This document shows, piece after piece, positions 34,268 through 42,925 of a stretch of 64,000 nucleotides of DNA. The stretch spans positions 3,827 to 67,826 of the forward strand of contig CAMTXH010000019.1 in assembly GCA_947085655.1 (NCBI GenBank), written 5' to 3'. The position numbers and the translations under genes were made by a program. How positions within the stretch are numbered: the first letter of the stretch is position 1; each line of letters starts with the position of its first letter. Under the pieces are notes generated by a model. It searched no databases and was not told the origin of the DNA. It was given only the letters and a program-made list of their open reading frames with translations. This DNA is from an uncultured Omnitrophica bacterium. Its GTDB lineage: Bacteria; Omnitrophota; Gorgyraeia; JACQQV01.

Positions 34268-37200
34268 ATGCCTAAGAGAAAAGACATTAAAAAGATTCTG
34301 ATTATCGGCTCCGGCCCGATCATCATCGGGCAGGCGTGCGAATTTGACTATTCCGGAACCCAGGCCTGTAAGGCACTCAGGGAGGAGGGGTACGAAGTCG
34401 TTCTCCTCAATTCAAACCCTGCCACCATCATGACAGACCCTGAATTTGCAGACCGGACCTACATCGAGCCGATTACCGCCTCCATGGTGGAGAAAATCAT
34501 TGCGCGGGAGCGGCCGGATGCCTTTTTGCCGACGTTGGGAGGGCAGACCGGATTGAACATCGCGGTCGAGGTGGCCGAAAAGGGGATTTTGAAGAAATAC
34601 GGTGTGGAGGTGATCGGCGCCAAAATCGAAGCGATCCGGATGGCGGAAGAGCGGGAACTTTTTAAAAATGCCATGCGCGAAATCGGGCTGGACCTCCCTA
34701 GAAGCGGCATTGCCCGGAGTGTTAAGGAAGCCGAGCGCCTTGCCTCGGAGATCGGGTTTCCGGTCGTTGTCCGTCCGAGTTTCACCCTCGGCGGAACCGG
34801 AGGGGGGGTGGCGGCTGAGTCGGAACAACTGGAAGAGATTGTCACCCGCGGACTCGATTTGAGTCTCCGGCATGAAGTGTTGGTCGAGGAGTCGGTCATC
34901 GGCTGGAAGGAATACGAGCTTGAGGTGATGCGGGATATCAAAGATAACGTGGTGATCATCTGTTCCATCGAAAACTTTGACCCGATGGGAATCCATACCG
35001 GCGACTCCGTCACCGTAGCCCCCGCCCAGACCCTGACCGACAAAGAGTACCAGCGGATGCGGAATCAAGCCATTGCGGTGATCCGGAAAATCGGTGTGGA
35101 GACCGGCGGAAGCAATATCCAGTTTGCGGTTCATCCGGAAACAGGGCGGATGGTCATCATTGAAATGAATCCGCGTGTTTCAAGAAGCTCCGCCCTCGCC
35201 TCGAAGGCAACCGGTTTTCCGATTGCAAAGATTGCGGCCAAACTCGCCGTCGGTTACACGCTGGATGAGATCCCGAATGACATTACGCAGAAGACCCCTG
35301 CCTGTTTTGAGCCGACGATTGACTACTGCGTGGTAAAAATTCCCCGCTGGGCCTTTGAGAAATTCCCCACGGCGGACCCGGTTCTCACCGTTCAGATGAA
35401 ATCGATCGGGGAGACGATGGCGATCGGCCGGACTTTTAAAGAGGCCCTTCAAAAGGGAATCCGGGGGCTTGAAATCGGCCGGTTCGGCTTAAGTCGAAGC
35501 GAGTGGCCTTCCCCGGAGATGACCGACGATGACATCCGACGCCATCTTGCCATACCAGGGCATGAGCGGCTCTTCTATCTCTCCGCTGCGTTTCATCACC
35601 ACTTTCCCATCGATGAGATTTATCAACTCACCCGGATTGACCGCTGGTTTTTAAACCAGCTCCATGAAATTTTTCTTCTGGAGCAGGAACTTCTTGCCAA
35701 GCCGGATCCGTCTCTTTTAAGAAAAGCCAAAACTTACGGCTTCAGTGATATTCAGCTTGCAAAGATGTGGGGGAAGACGGAGGAAGAAATCCGGCAAAAG
35801 CGGAAGAAAGAAAAAATCGAGTTCACCTTTAAACTGGTCGACACCTGTGCGGCGGAATTTGAGGCGTTCACGCCGTATTATTACTCCACCTATGAGGCGG
35901 AGGACGAAGTTAGGCCTTCTTCCAAAAAGAAAATCATGATTCTAGGGGGAGGCCCAAACCGAATCGGGCAAGGAATCGAGTTTGATTACTGCTGTGTTCA
36001 CGCCTCCTTTGCACTCAAAGAGGCCGGATACGAGACCATCATGGTCAATTCGAACCCCGAAACAGTCTCCACCGATTACGACACCTCCGACCGGCTTTAT
36101 TTTGAGCCGTTGACCCGGGAGGATGTCCTCAATATCGTGGATCGTGAAAAACCGGACGGGGTCATCGTTCAATTCGGCGGACAGACACCGCTGAACCTTG
36201 CCAGGCCCCTTGAGGCGGCCGGCGTTCCGATTATCGGGACAAGCCCGGATGCGATTGACCGCGCAGAAAACAGGGAACGCTTCAAGCAGCTTTTGGAAAA
36301 ACTCGGCCTTCTTCAGCCGGAAAACGGGACTGCCACAACACTCTCGCAGGCCAAGACGGAGGCGCGGAAGATCGGGTTTCCGGTCCTCCTTCGCCCCTCC
36401 TATGTTCTCGGCGGGCGGGCGATGGAGATTGTTTATGATGAGGCGACTCTTGAGCGGTATATGAAGGAGGCGATTTTCGTTTCTGGAGAAAGTCCTGTTC
36501 TGATTGACAAATTTCTTGAAGATGCCATTGAGGTGGATGTGGATGCGATTTCAGACGGGGAGATCGTTGTCATCGGCGGCATTTTGGAACATATCGAAGA
36601 GGCAGGGGTTCATTCGGGGGATGCGGCAATGGCGCTTCCTCCTTTCAGTCTCAAGGAAGCGATTCTCCAAAAGATACGACAGGATACGGTTTCGCTTGCT
36701 AGGGAACTTCGCGTTGTGGGGCTCATGAATGTTCAATTTGCGGTGAAAAGCGACACAGTCTATGTTCTTGAGGTGAATCCCCGCGCCTCCCGGACTGTTC
36801 CGTTTGTCAGTAAAGCGATCGGCGTTCCCCTTGCGAAACTGGCGGCGAGGGTGATGGTGGGGGAAAAACTGAAAACGCTCTGTTTTACCCAGGAAAGGAT
36901 TCCTCCTTATACCTCGGTCAAAGAATCGGTTTTCCCCTTTTCCCGTTTCTACGGTGTGGACATCATCCTCGGACCGGAGATGAAATCGACGGGAGAGGTG
37001 ATGGGGATTGACGACGAATTCGGCCGCTCCTATATCAAATCGCAGATTGCGGCAGGGCAGATTTTGCCGCGCTCCGGAACCGTCTTTGTCACTGTGAAGG
37101 ATAAGGACAAAAAAGCAATCCTCCCGATTGCAAAGCGGCTTGTGGAACTCGGCTATTCCCTCGTGGCGACGGAAGGGACCCATCGCGCGCTTGCCTCGGA

Positions 37201-37498
37201 GGGAATTCCGGCCCGGAAGATCCTGAAGATTAAGGACGGAAGCCCGAATGCGCTTGATCTCATGAAAAAAGGCGAAATTCAGTTGATTATCAACACCCCT
37301 ACCGGTAAGGAACCAAAGTCGGACGAGGTTATTATCCGGAGTCTTTCGGTTCAGCGGGGAGTTCCCTCCATCACAACCATCCCAGGGGCAGCTGCCTCTG
37401 TCCGGGGGATCGAAGCGTATCTCAAAGGAGAGCTGGATGTGATGAGTCTTCAAGAGCGGCATCTTTTACTGAAAGAGACGGCAAAAGAGAGCGTATGA
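34268..37498 (+). CDS. carB: carbamoyl-phosphate synthase large subunit
   Basis: 1076 aa with duplicated ATP-grasp halves plus an MGS-like C-terminal domain. Confidence 0.95.
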   Translation: MPKRKDIKKILIIGSGPIIIGQACEFDYSGTQACKALREEGYEVVLLNSNPATIMTDPEFADRTYIEPITASMVEKIIARERPDAFLPTLGGQTGLNIAVEVAEKGILKKYGVEVIGAKIEAIRMAEERELFKNAMREIGLDLPRSGIARSVKEAERLASEIGFPVVVRPSFTLGGTGGGVAAESEQLEEIVTRGLDLSLRHEVLVEESVIGWKEYELEVMRDIKDNVVIICSIENFDPMGIHTGDSVTVAPAQTLTDKEYQRMRNQAIAVIRKIGVETGGSNIQFAVHPETGRMVIIEMNPRVSRSSALASKATGFPIAKIAAKLAVGYTLDEIPNDITQKTPACFEPTIDYCVVKIPRWAFEKFPTADPVLTVQMKSIGETMAIGRTFKEALQKGIRGLEIGRFGLSRSEWPSPEMTDDDIRRHLAIPGHERLFYLSAAFHHHFPIDEIYQLTRIDRWFLNQLHEIFLLEQELLAKPDPSLLRKAKTYGFSDIQLAKMWGKTEEEIRQKRKKEKIEFTFKLVDTCAAEFEAFTPYYYSTYEAEDEVRPSSKKKIMILGGGPNRIGQGIEFDYCCVHASFALKEAGYETIMVNSNPETVSTDYDTSDRLYFEPLTREDVLNIVDREKPDGVIVQFGGQTPLNLARPLEAAGVPIIGTSPDAIDRAENRERFKQLLEKLGLLQPENGTATTLSQAKTEARKIGFPVLLRPSYVLGGRAMEIVYDEATLERYMKEAIFVSGESPVLIDKFLEDAIEVDVDAISDGEIVVIGGILEHIEEAGVHSGDAAMALPPFSLKEAILQKIRQDTVSLARELRVVGLMNVQFAVKSDTVYVLEVNPRASRTVPFVSKAIGVPLAKLAARVMVGEKLKTLCFTQERIPPYTSVKESVFPFSRFYGVDIILGPEMKSTGEVMGIDDEFGRSYIKSQIAAGQILPRSGTVFVTVKDKDKKAILPIAKRLVELGYSLVATEGTHRALASEGIPARKILKIKDGSPNALDLMKKGEIQLIINTPTGKEPKSDEVIIRSLSVQRGVPSITTIPGAAASVRGIEAYLKGELDVMSLQERHLLLKETAKESV

Positions 37499-38316
37499 TT
37501 CATCCGATCCATCAGTTGAAGGCGAAAGTCACCGGTCAGATCAAAGTGGCGGAGGAGAGTTTTCTCCTTAGTCTCGAAGCCCCACCAATCGCTAAAATGA
37601 TCCGGCCGGGGCAGTTCATTCAGATCGGCTGCAGCGAAAAGTACGATCCGCTTCTCCCCAGACCTTTCAGCATTTACCGGGTAAGGCAGAAGCGGTATTT
37701 GGATATTTTGTATGAAGTGGTCGGGTGCGGGACCGAGGAGATGGCCAAGGCAAAAAAAGGGAATCGGCTCAATATCTTCGGCCCCCTCGGGAATACGTTC
37801 TCCTATCCAAAAAAAAGGGCGATGTCGTTTCTAGTGGGAGGCGGAGTGGGGCTTGCCCCTTTTTATGACCTGGCCGAGGCGCTCGTTGACCCGAAACGGG
37901 GAAAACAGCGCAAAGAGGATGTCAAAGTGCTCCTCGGGGCGCGGAACCGGAAACGTATTTTTTGTGAAAACGATTTTAAACGGCTTGGCACTCCCCTTGA
38001 AATCGCCACCGACGACGGCTCCTACGGTTATAAAGGATTTGTTACCCAACTTCTTGAAACGCTTTTACGCGATCACCCCCCACCCCCCACCCCCCACCCC
38101 CCACTGCATTTATATGCCTGCGGCCCCAAACCGATGCTCCGGGCGGTGGCGGAACTTGCAAAGAAACACCGCATTCCATGTGAACTGTCCATTGATGCGC
38201 ATATGCCCTGCGGTTACGGAATCTGTTTTGGGTGTGCGGTCCGGGTAAACGGCGACTATAAACTCGCCTGCACCGACGGACCGGTTTTCAAGGCGGAGGA
38301 GTTGGTATGGGAGTAG
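37495..38316 (+). CDS. pyrK: dihydroorotate dehydrogenase electron-transfer subunit
   Basis: 273 aa with an FAD/NAD-binding barrel and C-terminal 2Fe-2S cysteines ([11 protein letters not shown]). Contains a Pro-rich insertion [11 protein letters not shown] encoded by a 7-mer tandem repeat. Confidence 0.9.
   Translation: MIHPIHQLKAKVTGQIKVAEESFLLSLEAPPIAKMIRPGQFIQIGCSEKYDPLLPRPFSIYRVRQKRYLDILYEVVGCGTEEMAKAKKGNRLNIFGPLGNTFSYPKKRAMSFLVGGGVGLAPFYDLAEALVDPKRGKQRKEDVKVLLGARNRKRIFCENDFKRLGTPLEIATDDGSYGYKGFVTQLLETLLRDHPPPPTPHPPLHLYACGPKPMLRAVAELAKKHRIPCELSIDAHMPCGYGICFGCAVRVNGDYKLACTDGPVFKAEELVWE
38075..38102 (+). repeat. (ACCCCCC)x4 heptanucleotide tandem repeat inside pyrK
   Basis: Four perfect 7-nt units. 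Any +/-1 or +/-2 unit change would frameshift pyrK. Confidence 0.8.
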
Positions 38317-39236
38317 ATCTTTCGGTTCGGCTCGGCCCTTTGAAGCTGAAAAATCCGGTGATGCTTGCCTCCGGAACCGCCTCTTACGGAGAGGAGATCT
38401 CCCGTGTCTATCCCCTTTCCCGCTTGGGGGCGATTGTGACAAAGAGTCTGACCCTCAAACCGCGAAAAGGGAACCCTCCCTACCGGGTGATTGAAACCCC
38501 CTCCGGCATGCTGAATTCGATCGGGCTTCAGAATGTGGGGGTGGAGGCCTTCTGCCGGGAGAAACTCCCTTATTTAAGGAAGGAACGCGCAACCGTCATT
38601 GTGAATATTGCAGCAAAACGGATCGAAGATTATGCTGGACTTGCAGCCCGGCTGGACCGGGAAAAAGGGATTGCAGGGATCGAGCTGAATGTGTCGTGCC
38701 CCAACGTCAAAGAAGGGGGGCTTGAGTTTGGGACAAGCACCCGGTGCATTACGGAGGTGGTCCGGGGCGTCCGGAAAGAGACACGGCTTCCTTTGATTAC
38801 GAAACTTTCGCCGAACGTCACCGATATTGTCTCCATGGCCAAGGCGGCGATGGATGGGGGGAGTGATGCGGTCTCGCTGGTGAACACTTTTTTGGCAATG
38901 GTGGTGGACATCCGGAAGAAAAAACCGGTCCTTTCAACCGGGACGGGGGGATTGAGCGGACCGGCGATCCGGCCGGTCGCCCTCCGGATGATTTGGCAGG
39001 TCTACTCGGCGCTCAAGTGTCCGATTATCGGAATCGGCGGGATTATGAATACAGAGGATGCCCTTTCTTTTATGATGGCGGGGGCATCGGCCATTCAGGT
39101 GGGAACCGCCAATTATGTCAATCCGAAAGCGCCCCTTGAAATTCTTCAGGGGCTTGAGTCCTATGCAAAAAAGGAGAAGATCCGGCGGATCGAGACATCC
39201 GTCGGGTCCCTCCGCGCGGAGCCGTCCTATGGGTAA
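38307..39236 (+). CDS. pyrD: dihydroorotate dehydrogenase catalytic subunit (class 1B)
   Basis: 309 aa TIM-barrel (LNVSCPN, GGI). Confidence 0.95.
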   Translation: MGVDLSVRLGPLKLKNPVMLASGTASYGEEISRVYPLSRLGAIVTKSLTLKPRKGNPPYRVIETPSGMLNSIGLQNVGVEAFCREKLPYLRKERATVIVNIAAKRIEDYAGLAARLDREKGIAGIELNVSCPNVKEGGLEFGTSTRCITEVVRGVRKETRLPLITKLSPNVTDIVSMAKAAMDGGSDAVSLVNTFLAMVVDIRKKKPVLSTGTGGLSGPAIRPVALRMIWQVYSALKCPIIGIGGIMNTEDALSFMMAGASAIQVGTANYVNPKAPLEILQGLESYAKKEKIRRIETSVGSLRAEPSYG

Positions 39237-39954
39237 CGTACCGTCTGATGCAAGACTGATTGTGGCGCTGGATGTCCCGAGTCTCGAAGAAGCAGAGGCC
39301 TGGGTGGATCGTCTGAAAGACCGGATCCGGTATTTCAAAGTGGGGAGCGTTCTTTTTACGGCCGCAGGGCCGAAGGTCATTGAGATGATCCGGGGGAAAG
39401 GAGGAGAGATCTTTCTCGATTTAAAGTACCACGATATTCCGAACACGGTGGCCTCCGCCTGCCGGGTGGCGGTAAATCTAGGGGTTTGGATGCTCAATGT
39501 CCATGTGGTGAGCGGAAGAAGCGTCCTCCGAAAGACGGTGGAGGCGGTAGGTGACGAGGCCTCCCGGAAGGGAATCCGGAAACCGATTCTTCTGGGTGTC
39601 ACGTTCCTCACCCATCTGGATAAAGATTCGATCAGCCATTTCGGATGGGACCTCGAAGGAGGGATGAGAGAAGAAATCATTCACCTCGCAACCCTTGCGC
39701 AAGAGGACGGGCTTGACGGCGTTGTCTGCTCGCCCCAGGAGATCCGTGCGGTCCGGGAGGCGTGCGGGAAGGATTTTGTGATTGTCAGCCCCGGTATCCG
39801 CCCTTCCGGCACCGCCCACCACGACCAGAAACGGGTCAGCCGCCCCAAGGAGGCGGTTCAGGCGGGGGCCGATTATCTTGTGATCGGCCGTCCGATTCTT
39901 GAAAGCAAGGAGCCGGTGAAAGCCGCAGAGGCGATTCTGAAGGAGATGGGATGA
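39229..39954 (+). CDS. pyrF: orotidine 5'-phosphate decarboxylase
   Basis: Start at ATG 39229 (MGNVPSDARLIVALDVPS); DLKYHDIPNT motif. The track ORF start is further upstream inside pyrD. Confidence 0.9.
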   Translation: MGNVPSDARLIVALDVPSLEEAEAWVDRLKDRIRYFKVGSVLFTAAGPKVIEMIRGKGGEIFLDLKYHDIPNTVASACRVAVNLGVWMLNVHVVSGRSVLRKTVEAVGDEASRKGIRKPILLGVTFLTHLDKDSISHFGWDLEGGMREEIIHLATLAQEDGLDGVVCSPQEIRAVREACGKDFVIVSPGIRPSGTAHHDQKRVSRPKEAVQAGADYLVIGRPILESKEPVKAAEAILKEMG

Positions 39955-40523
39955 ACGAATCGCTCCTTCCTTTATTTGAAAAGGCGGGCGCCATTCTTTC
40001 GGGCCACTTTGAACTTTCAAGCGGTCGCCACAGCCGTCAATATCTTCAATGCGCCCTTTTGCTGCAGGATCCGAAGCAAGCCGAACGGGTCTGCAAGATG
40101 CTGGCGGACCGGTTCCGCTCGGAAAAAATCGACCTTGTCATCGGTCCCGCCCTCGGAGGGATTCTTGTTTCGTATGAGGTTGCAAGAGCGCTCGGGGTTC
40201 GGTCTGTTTTTGCCGAACGGGAAGAAGGAATGTTGCGTCTGCGCCGGAATTTTGACATTCAAAAAGGGGAACGGGTCTTGGTTGTGGAAGATGTGGTGAC
40301 GACGGGAAGATCCACAAACGAGGTGATTTCGCTTGTCCGCTCGAAAGGAGGTCATGTGATCGGCGTGGGGGCTTTGGTGGACCGGAGCGGAGGGGTCGAT
40401 TTCAAAGCGCCGTTTATGTCGCTTCTTTCTCTTCGGATAGAAAGTTTCCCAAAAGAGGCGTGTCCTCTTTGCAAAAAGGGCGTTCCCGTAGCGAAACCGG
40501 GAAGCCGCCGTCTTAAACGATGA
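39951..40523 (+). CDS. pyrE: orotate phosphoribosyltransferase
   Basis: 190 aa with PRPP-binding VLVVEDVVTTGRST. Confidence 0.9.
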   Translation: MNESLLPLFEKAGAILSGHFELSSGRHSRQYLQCALLLQDPKQAERVCKMLADRFRSEKIDLVIGPALGGILVSYEVARALGVRSVFAEREEGMLRLRRNFDIQKGERVLVVEDVVTTGRSTNEVISLVRSKGGHVIGVGALVDRSGGVDFKAPFMSLLSLRIESFPKEACPLCKKGVPVAKPGSRRLKR

Positions 40524-40795
40524 GAATTCTTCTCGGCGTTTTATTCGGGGCAGGGGTCTCCTGGCTCAATTTTTTCATCCTGAAAAAATGGATGCTTCGC
40601 TTCGGCGGTTTTCAGAAGTCGAGCCCCTTTTTTTATCTTGTCTTTTTCTCCCGGTATCTTATTCTCTTTTTCGGAATCTTTATCATTGTCCAAAACCGCT
40701 GGGTCGACCGCTGGGCAGGACTCACCGGACTTTTCGCGACGTACGTTGGACTTCTGGCCCACGAGTTTGTTAAACTGAAGAGGTCGGGCGATTAG
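40520..40795 (+). CDS. small hydrophobic membrane protein (hypothetical)
   Basis: 91 aa with 2-3 predicted TM segments. ATGA overlap with the pyrE stop. 3' end overlaps tRNA-Val by 10 nt. Confidence 0.35.
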   Translation: MRILLGVLFGAGVSWLNFFILKKWMLRFGGFQKSSPFFYLVFFSRYLILFFGIFIIVQNRWVDRWAGLTGLFATYVGLLAHEFVKLKRSGD

Positions 40796-40859
40796 CTCAG
40801 CTGGTCAGAGCGTCTGATTTACATTCAGAAGGCCCGAGGTTCGAGCCCTCGATCGCCCA
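40786..40859 (+). tRNA. tRNA-Val (anticodon TAC), no encoded CCA
   Basis: GGGCGATTAGCTCAGCTGGTCAGAGCGTCTGATTTACATTCAGAAGGCCCGAGGTTCGAGCCCTCGATCGCCCA. Confidence 0.85.
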
Positions 40860-40902
40860 TGTTCTTTTATCGTTTCATGCTATAATGAAGGCGGTCAATC
40901 CC

Positions 40903-40981
40903 GGTCCCGTGGTGTAGCCCGGTCTAACACGTCAGATTGTCAATCTGAAGATCGCGAGTTCAAATCTCGTCGGGACCGCCA
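40903..40981 (+). tRNA. tRNA-Asp (anticodon GTC), CCA encoded
   Basis: GGTCCCGTGGTGTAGCCCGGTCTAACACGTCAGATTGTCAATCTGAAGATCGCGAGTTCAAATCTCGTCGGGACCGCCA. TATAAT-like box at about 40882 upstream. Confidence 0.85.
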
Positions 40982-41067
40982 CCCTTCGACCCTTCGACAA
41001 GCTCAGGGTGGCGATCCTGAGCAAGGCCGAAGGCCGCGTCGAAGGACGCCATTTTGAAGGAGCAGGA

Positions 41068-42045
41068 ATGTTTTCCTTAAAATTCAGAATGACTATTTTG
41101 CTTGCAGTTCTTTTCGCGATTGTTTATGCGATCGTCACGATTGTGGGAACTGCCCTGGGGGTCGTCAATTTTTACTTTTATCTGGCGATCTCTTTGGGGA
41201 TGCTTTTCCTCCAATACCTGATCGGGCCGAAGATGGTGGAGTGGTCGATGCGGGTCCGTTATGTGACCGAAGGGGAGTCGCCGGGGCTTCACCGGATGGT
41301 GGAGGAGCTTGCACGAAGGGCCGGAATCCCGAAGCCGAAGGTTGGGATTTCGACTCTACCGATTCCGAACGCCTTTGCATTCGGGCGGGGGCGCGCCGAT
41401 GGAAGGATCTGTGTGACGGAAGGGATCCTTCGACTTCTGGATGAAAATGAGATGAAGGCGGTCCTTGGCCATGAAGTGAGCCACCTTAAAAACCGCGATG
41501 TCCTGACCATTACCCTTTTATCGGTGATTCCGATGGTCTTGTACCGGATTTACTGGCACACCCTTTTCTTCGGCGGCCGCGACCGGGGGAAAAACAGCGG
41601 GGCAGTCGCCCTGATTGGGCTTGGGGCCTTTGTCTTCTACTTCATTACAAATCTCCTCGTCCTTTATGCCTCCCGGCTTCGTGAGCTTTTTGCAGACAAA
41701 GGTTCCATCGCATTGGGGAATCGCCCTGAATGGCTTGCCTCGGGGCTTTATAAATTGGTCTATGGGTCCGCAAAGGCCGATAAGGAACGTTTGAGAGAAG
41801 CAGAGGGACTCAAGGCCTTTTTCCTGAACGACCCTTCCCGGGCCCTCCGTGAAATTCAAGAACTGAACCAATTGGACTTGAACCAAAGCGGCACCATTGA
41901 TGCGGATGAACTCCTTGCCATCCGGGCAAAAAGTGTGCGGCTTGGCTTTGCGGACAAACTCCTTGAAGTCTTGAGCACCCATCCCAATATGCTCAAGCGG
42001 GTCAAGGAACTCTCCCAATATTCCCAACATGGCCTCTACGGCTGA
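41068..42045 (+). CDS. htpX: HtpX-like M48 zinc metalloprotease
   Basis: Start MFSLKF at ATG 41068 with GAAGGAG SD. HEVSH zinc motif, multi-TM. Confidence 0.85.
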   Translation: MFSLKFRMTILLAVLFAIVYAIVTIVGTALGVVNFYFYLAISLGMLFLQYLIGPKMVEWSMRVRYVTEGESPGLHRMVEELARRAGIPKPKVGISTLPIPNAFAFGRGRADGRICVTEGILRLLDENEMKAVLGHEVSHLKNRDVLTITLLSVIPMVLYRIYWHTLFFGGRDRGKNSGAVALIGLGAFVFYFITNLLVLYASRLRELFADKGSIALGNRPEWLASGLYKLVYGSAKADKERLREAEGLKAFFLNDPSRALREIQELNQLDLNQSGTIDADELLAIRAKSVRLGFADKLLEVLSTHPNMLKRVKELSQYSQHGLYG

Positions 42046-42676
42046 ATCCTGCTGGTCCTGCCAGAAAAATCCCGGGCAAGGCCACTTCTGCCAACATTGT
42101 CATAAGATTCAACACGTTGAAAAAGAGGACCATTTTGCCTTTATGGGATTTCCCCACCGGATGAATTTGGATGTCGAGGCGCTCAAGAAAACTTTCTACG
42201 ATTTAAGCCGGAAACTCCACCCCGATTTTTTCCATGGGAAGAGTTTCAAAGAAAAGGTGCTGAGCGTTGAGCAAACCACCCTTTTAAACAAGGCCTACAA
42301 CACCCTGAAAGACCCGATTGCCCGGGCAGAGTATCTTTTGGACCTTGAGGTTCCTATTTCAGAGAAAGAGAGAACGAAGGTGGACCCCGTACTTGTCTCT
42401 GAAATTTTTGAAATCCAGGAAATGGTGGAAGAAGAAAAGGGATCCGGGAATCCCGCATTAAAAACCAAACTTCAGCAGTCCAAAAAGGAAGTGGAAGAAA
42501 AAATCAAGGCCCGGCGGAAGGTCCTTGAAGGGCATTTCAAAGAGTGGGATGTGCTTGAAAAAGATCCTGCCCACAAAAAAGACCTTGCCAGAACCATCCG
42601 GAAGGCCATCGACGAAATCGCCTACCTTAAAAACCTGATTCAATCCATCGAAACCGGCGGCCAAATCCGCCACTAA
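42029..42676 (+). CDS. hscB: J-domain co-chaperone, HscB-like, with N-terminal Cys4 zinc finger
   Basis: 215 aa with CWSC...CQHC tetracysteine, HPD motif (KLHPDFF) and a C-terminal helical domain. Confidence 0.7.
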   Translation: MASTAESCWSCQKNPGQGHFCQHCHKIQHVEKEDHFAFMGFPHRMNLDVEALKKTFYDLSRKLHPDFFHGKSFKEKVLSVEQTTLLNKAYNTLKDPIARAEYLLDLEVPISEKERTKVDPVLVSEIFEIQEMVEEEKGSGNPALKTKLQQSKKEVEEKIKARRKVLEGHFKEWDVLEKDPAHKKDLARTIRKAIDEIAYLKNLIQSIETGGQIRH

Positions 42677-42680
42677 CCAT

Positions 42681-42783
42681 CAGGGACGTTTCTACACTTG
42701 GCCCCGACCTGTCCCTTTTGTTTAAAAACGAAGACAGGGGACACATTGGGGCCAGATTAGGGCCAGAACTAGAAACGTCCCTG
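42681..42783. repeat. palindromic intergenic repeat element, copy 2 (103 nt)
   Basis: CAGGGACGTTTCTAC ... CTAGAAACGTCCCTG terminal inverted repeat. Related to copy 1 at 27679-27816. Starts 5 nt after the hscB stop. Confidence 0.7.
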
Positions 42784-42816
42784 GTGTTAGGGGACGCAAT
42801 AGGTAGATTTTAACTC

Positions 42817-42845
42817 TTGACAGGGATAAGGGGGGATGGTATACT
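42817..42845 (+). promoter_or_regulatory. near-consensus sigma70 promoter TTGACA-17-TATACT upstream of the giant-protein cluster
   Basis: TTGACA at 42817-42822, 17-nt spacer, TATACT at 42840-42845. The track ORF start at 42836 lies inside this promoter, so the real start is downstream. Confidence 0.6.
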
Positions 42846-42925
42846 TTGTTCCATCTCGGAACATGAACATCCCTTTTTTTGTGCAACATAACTTAAGACT
42901 TTTAAAAGAGATAAGGAGGATTAAA

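Noticed and set aside
41008-41067. N-terminal extension of the htpX ORF (MAILSKAEGRVEGRHFEGAG)
   Set aside because: It overlaps the hairpin/repeat region after tRNA-Asp. A good SD (GAAGGAG) precedes the ATG at 41068, which begins the first TM helix.
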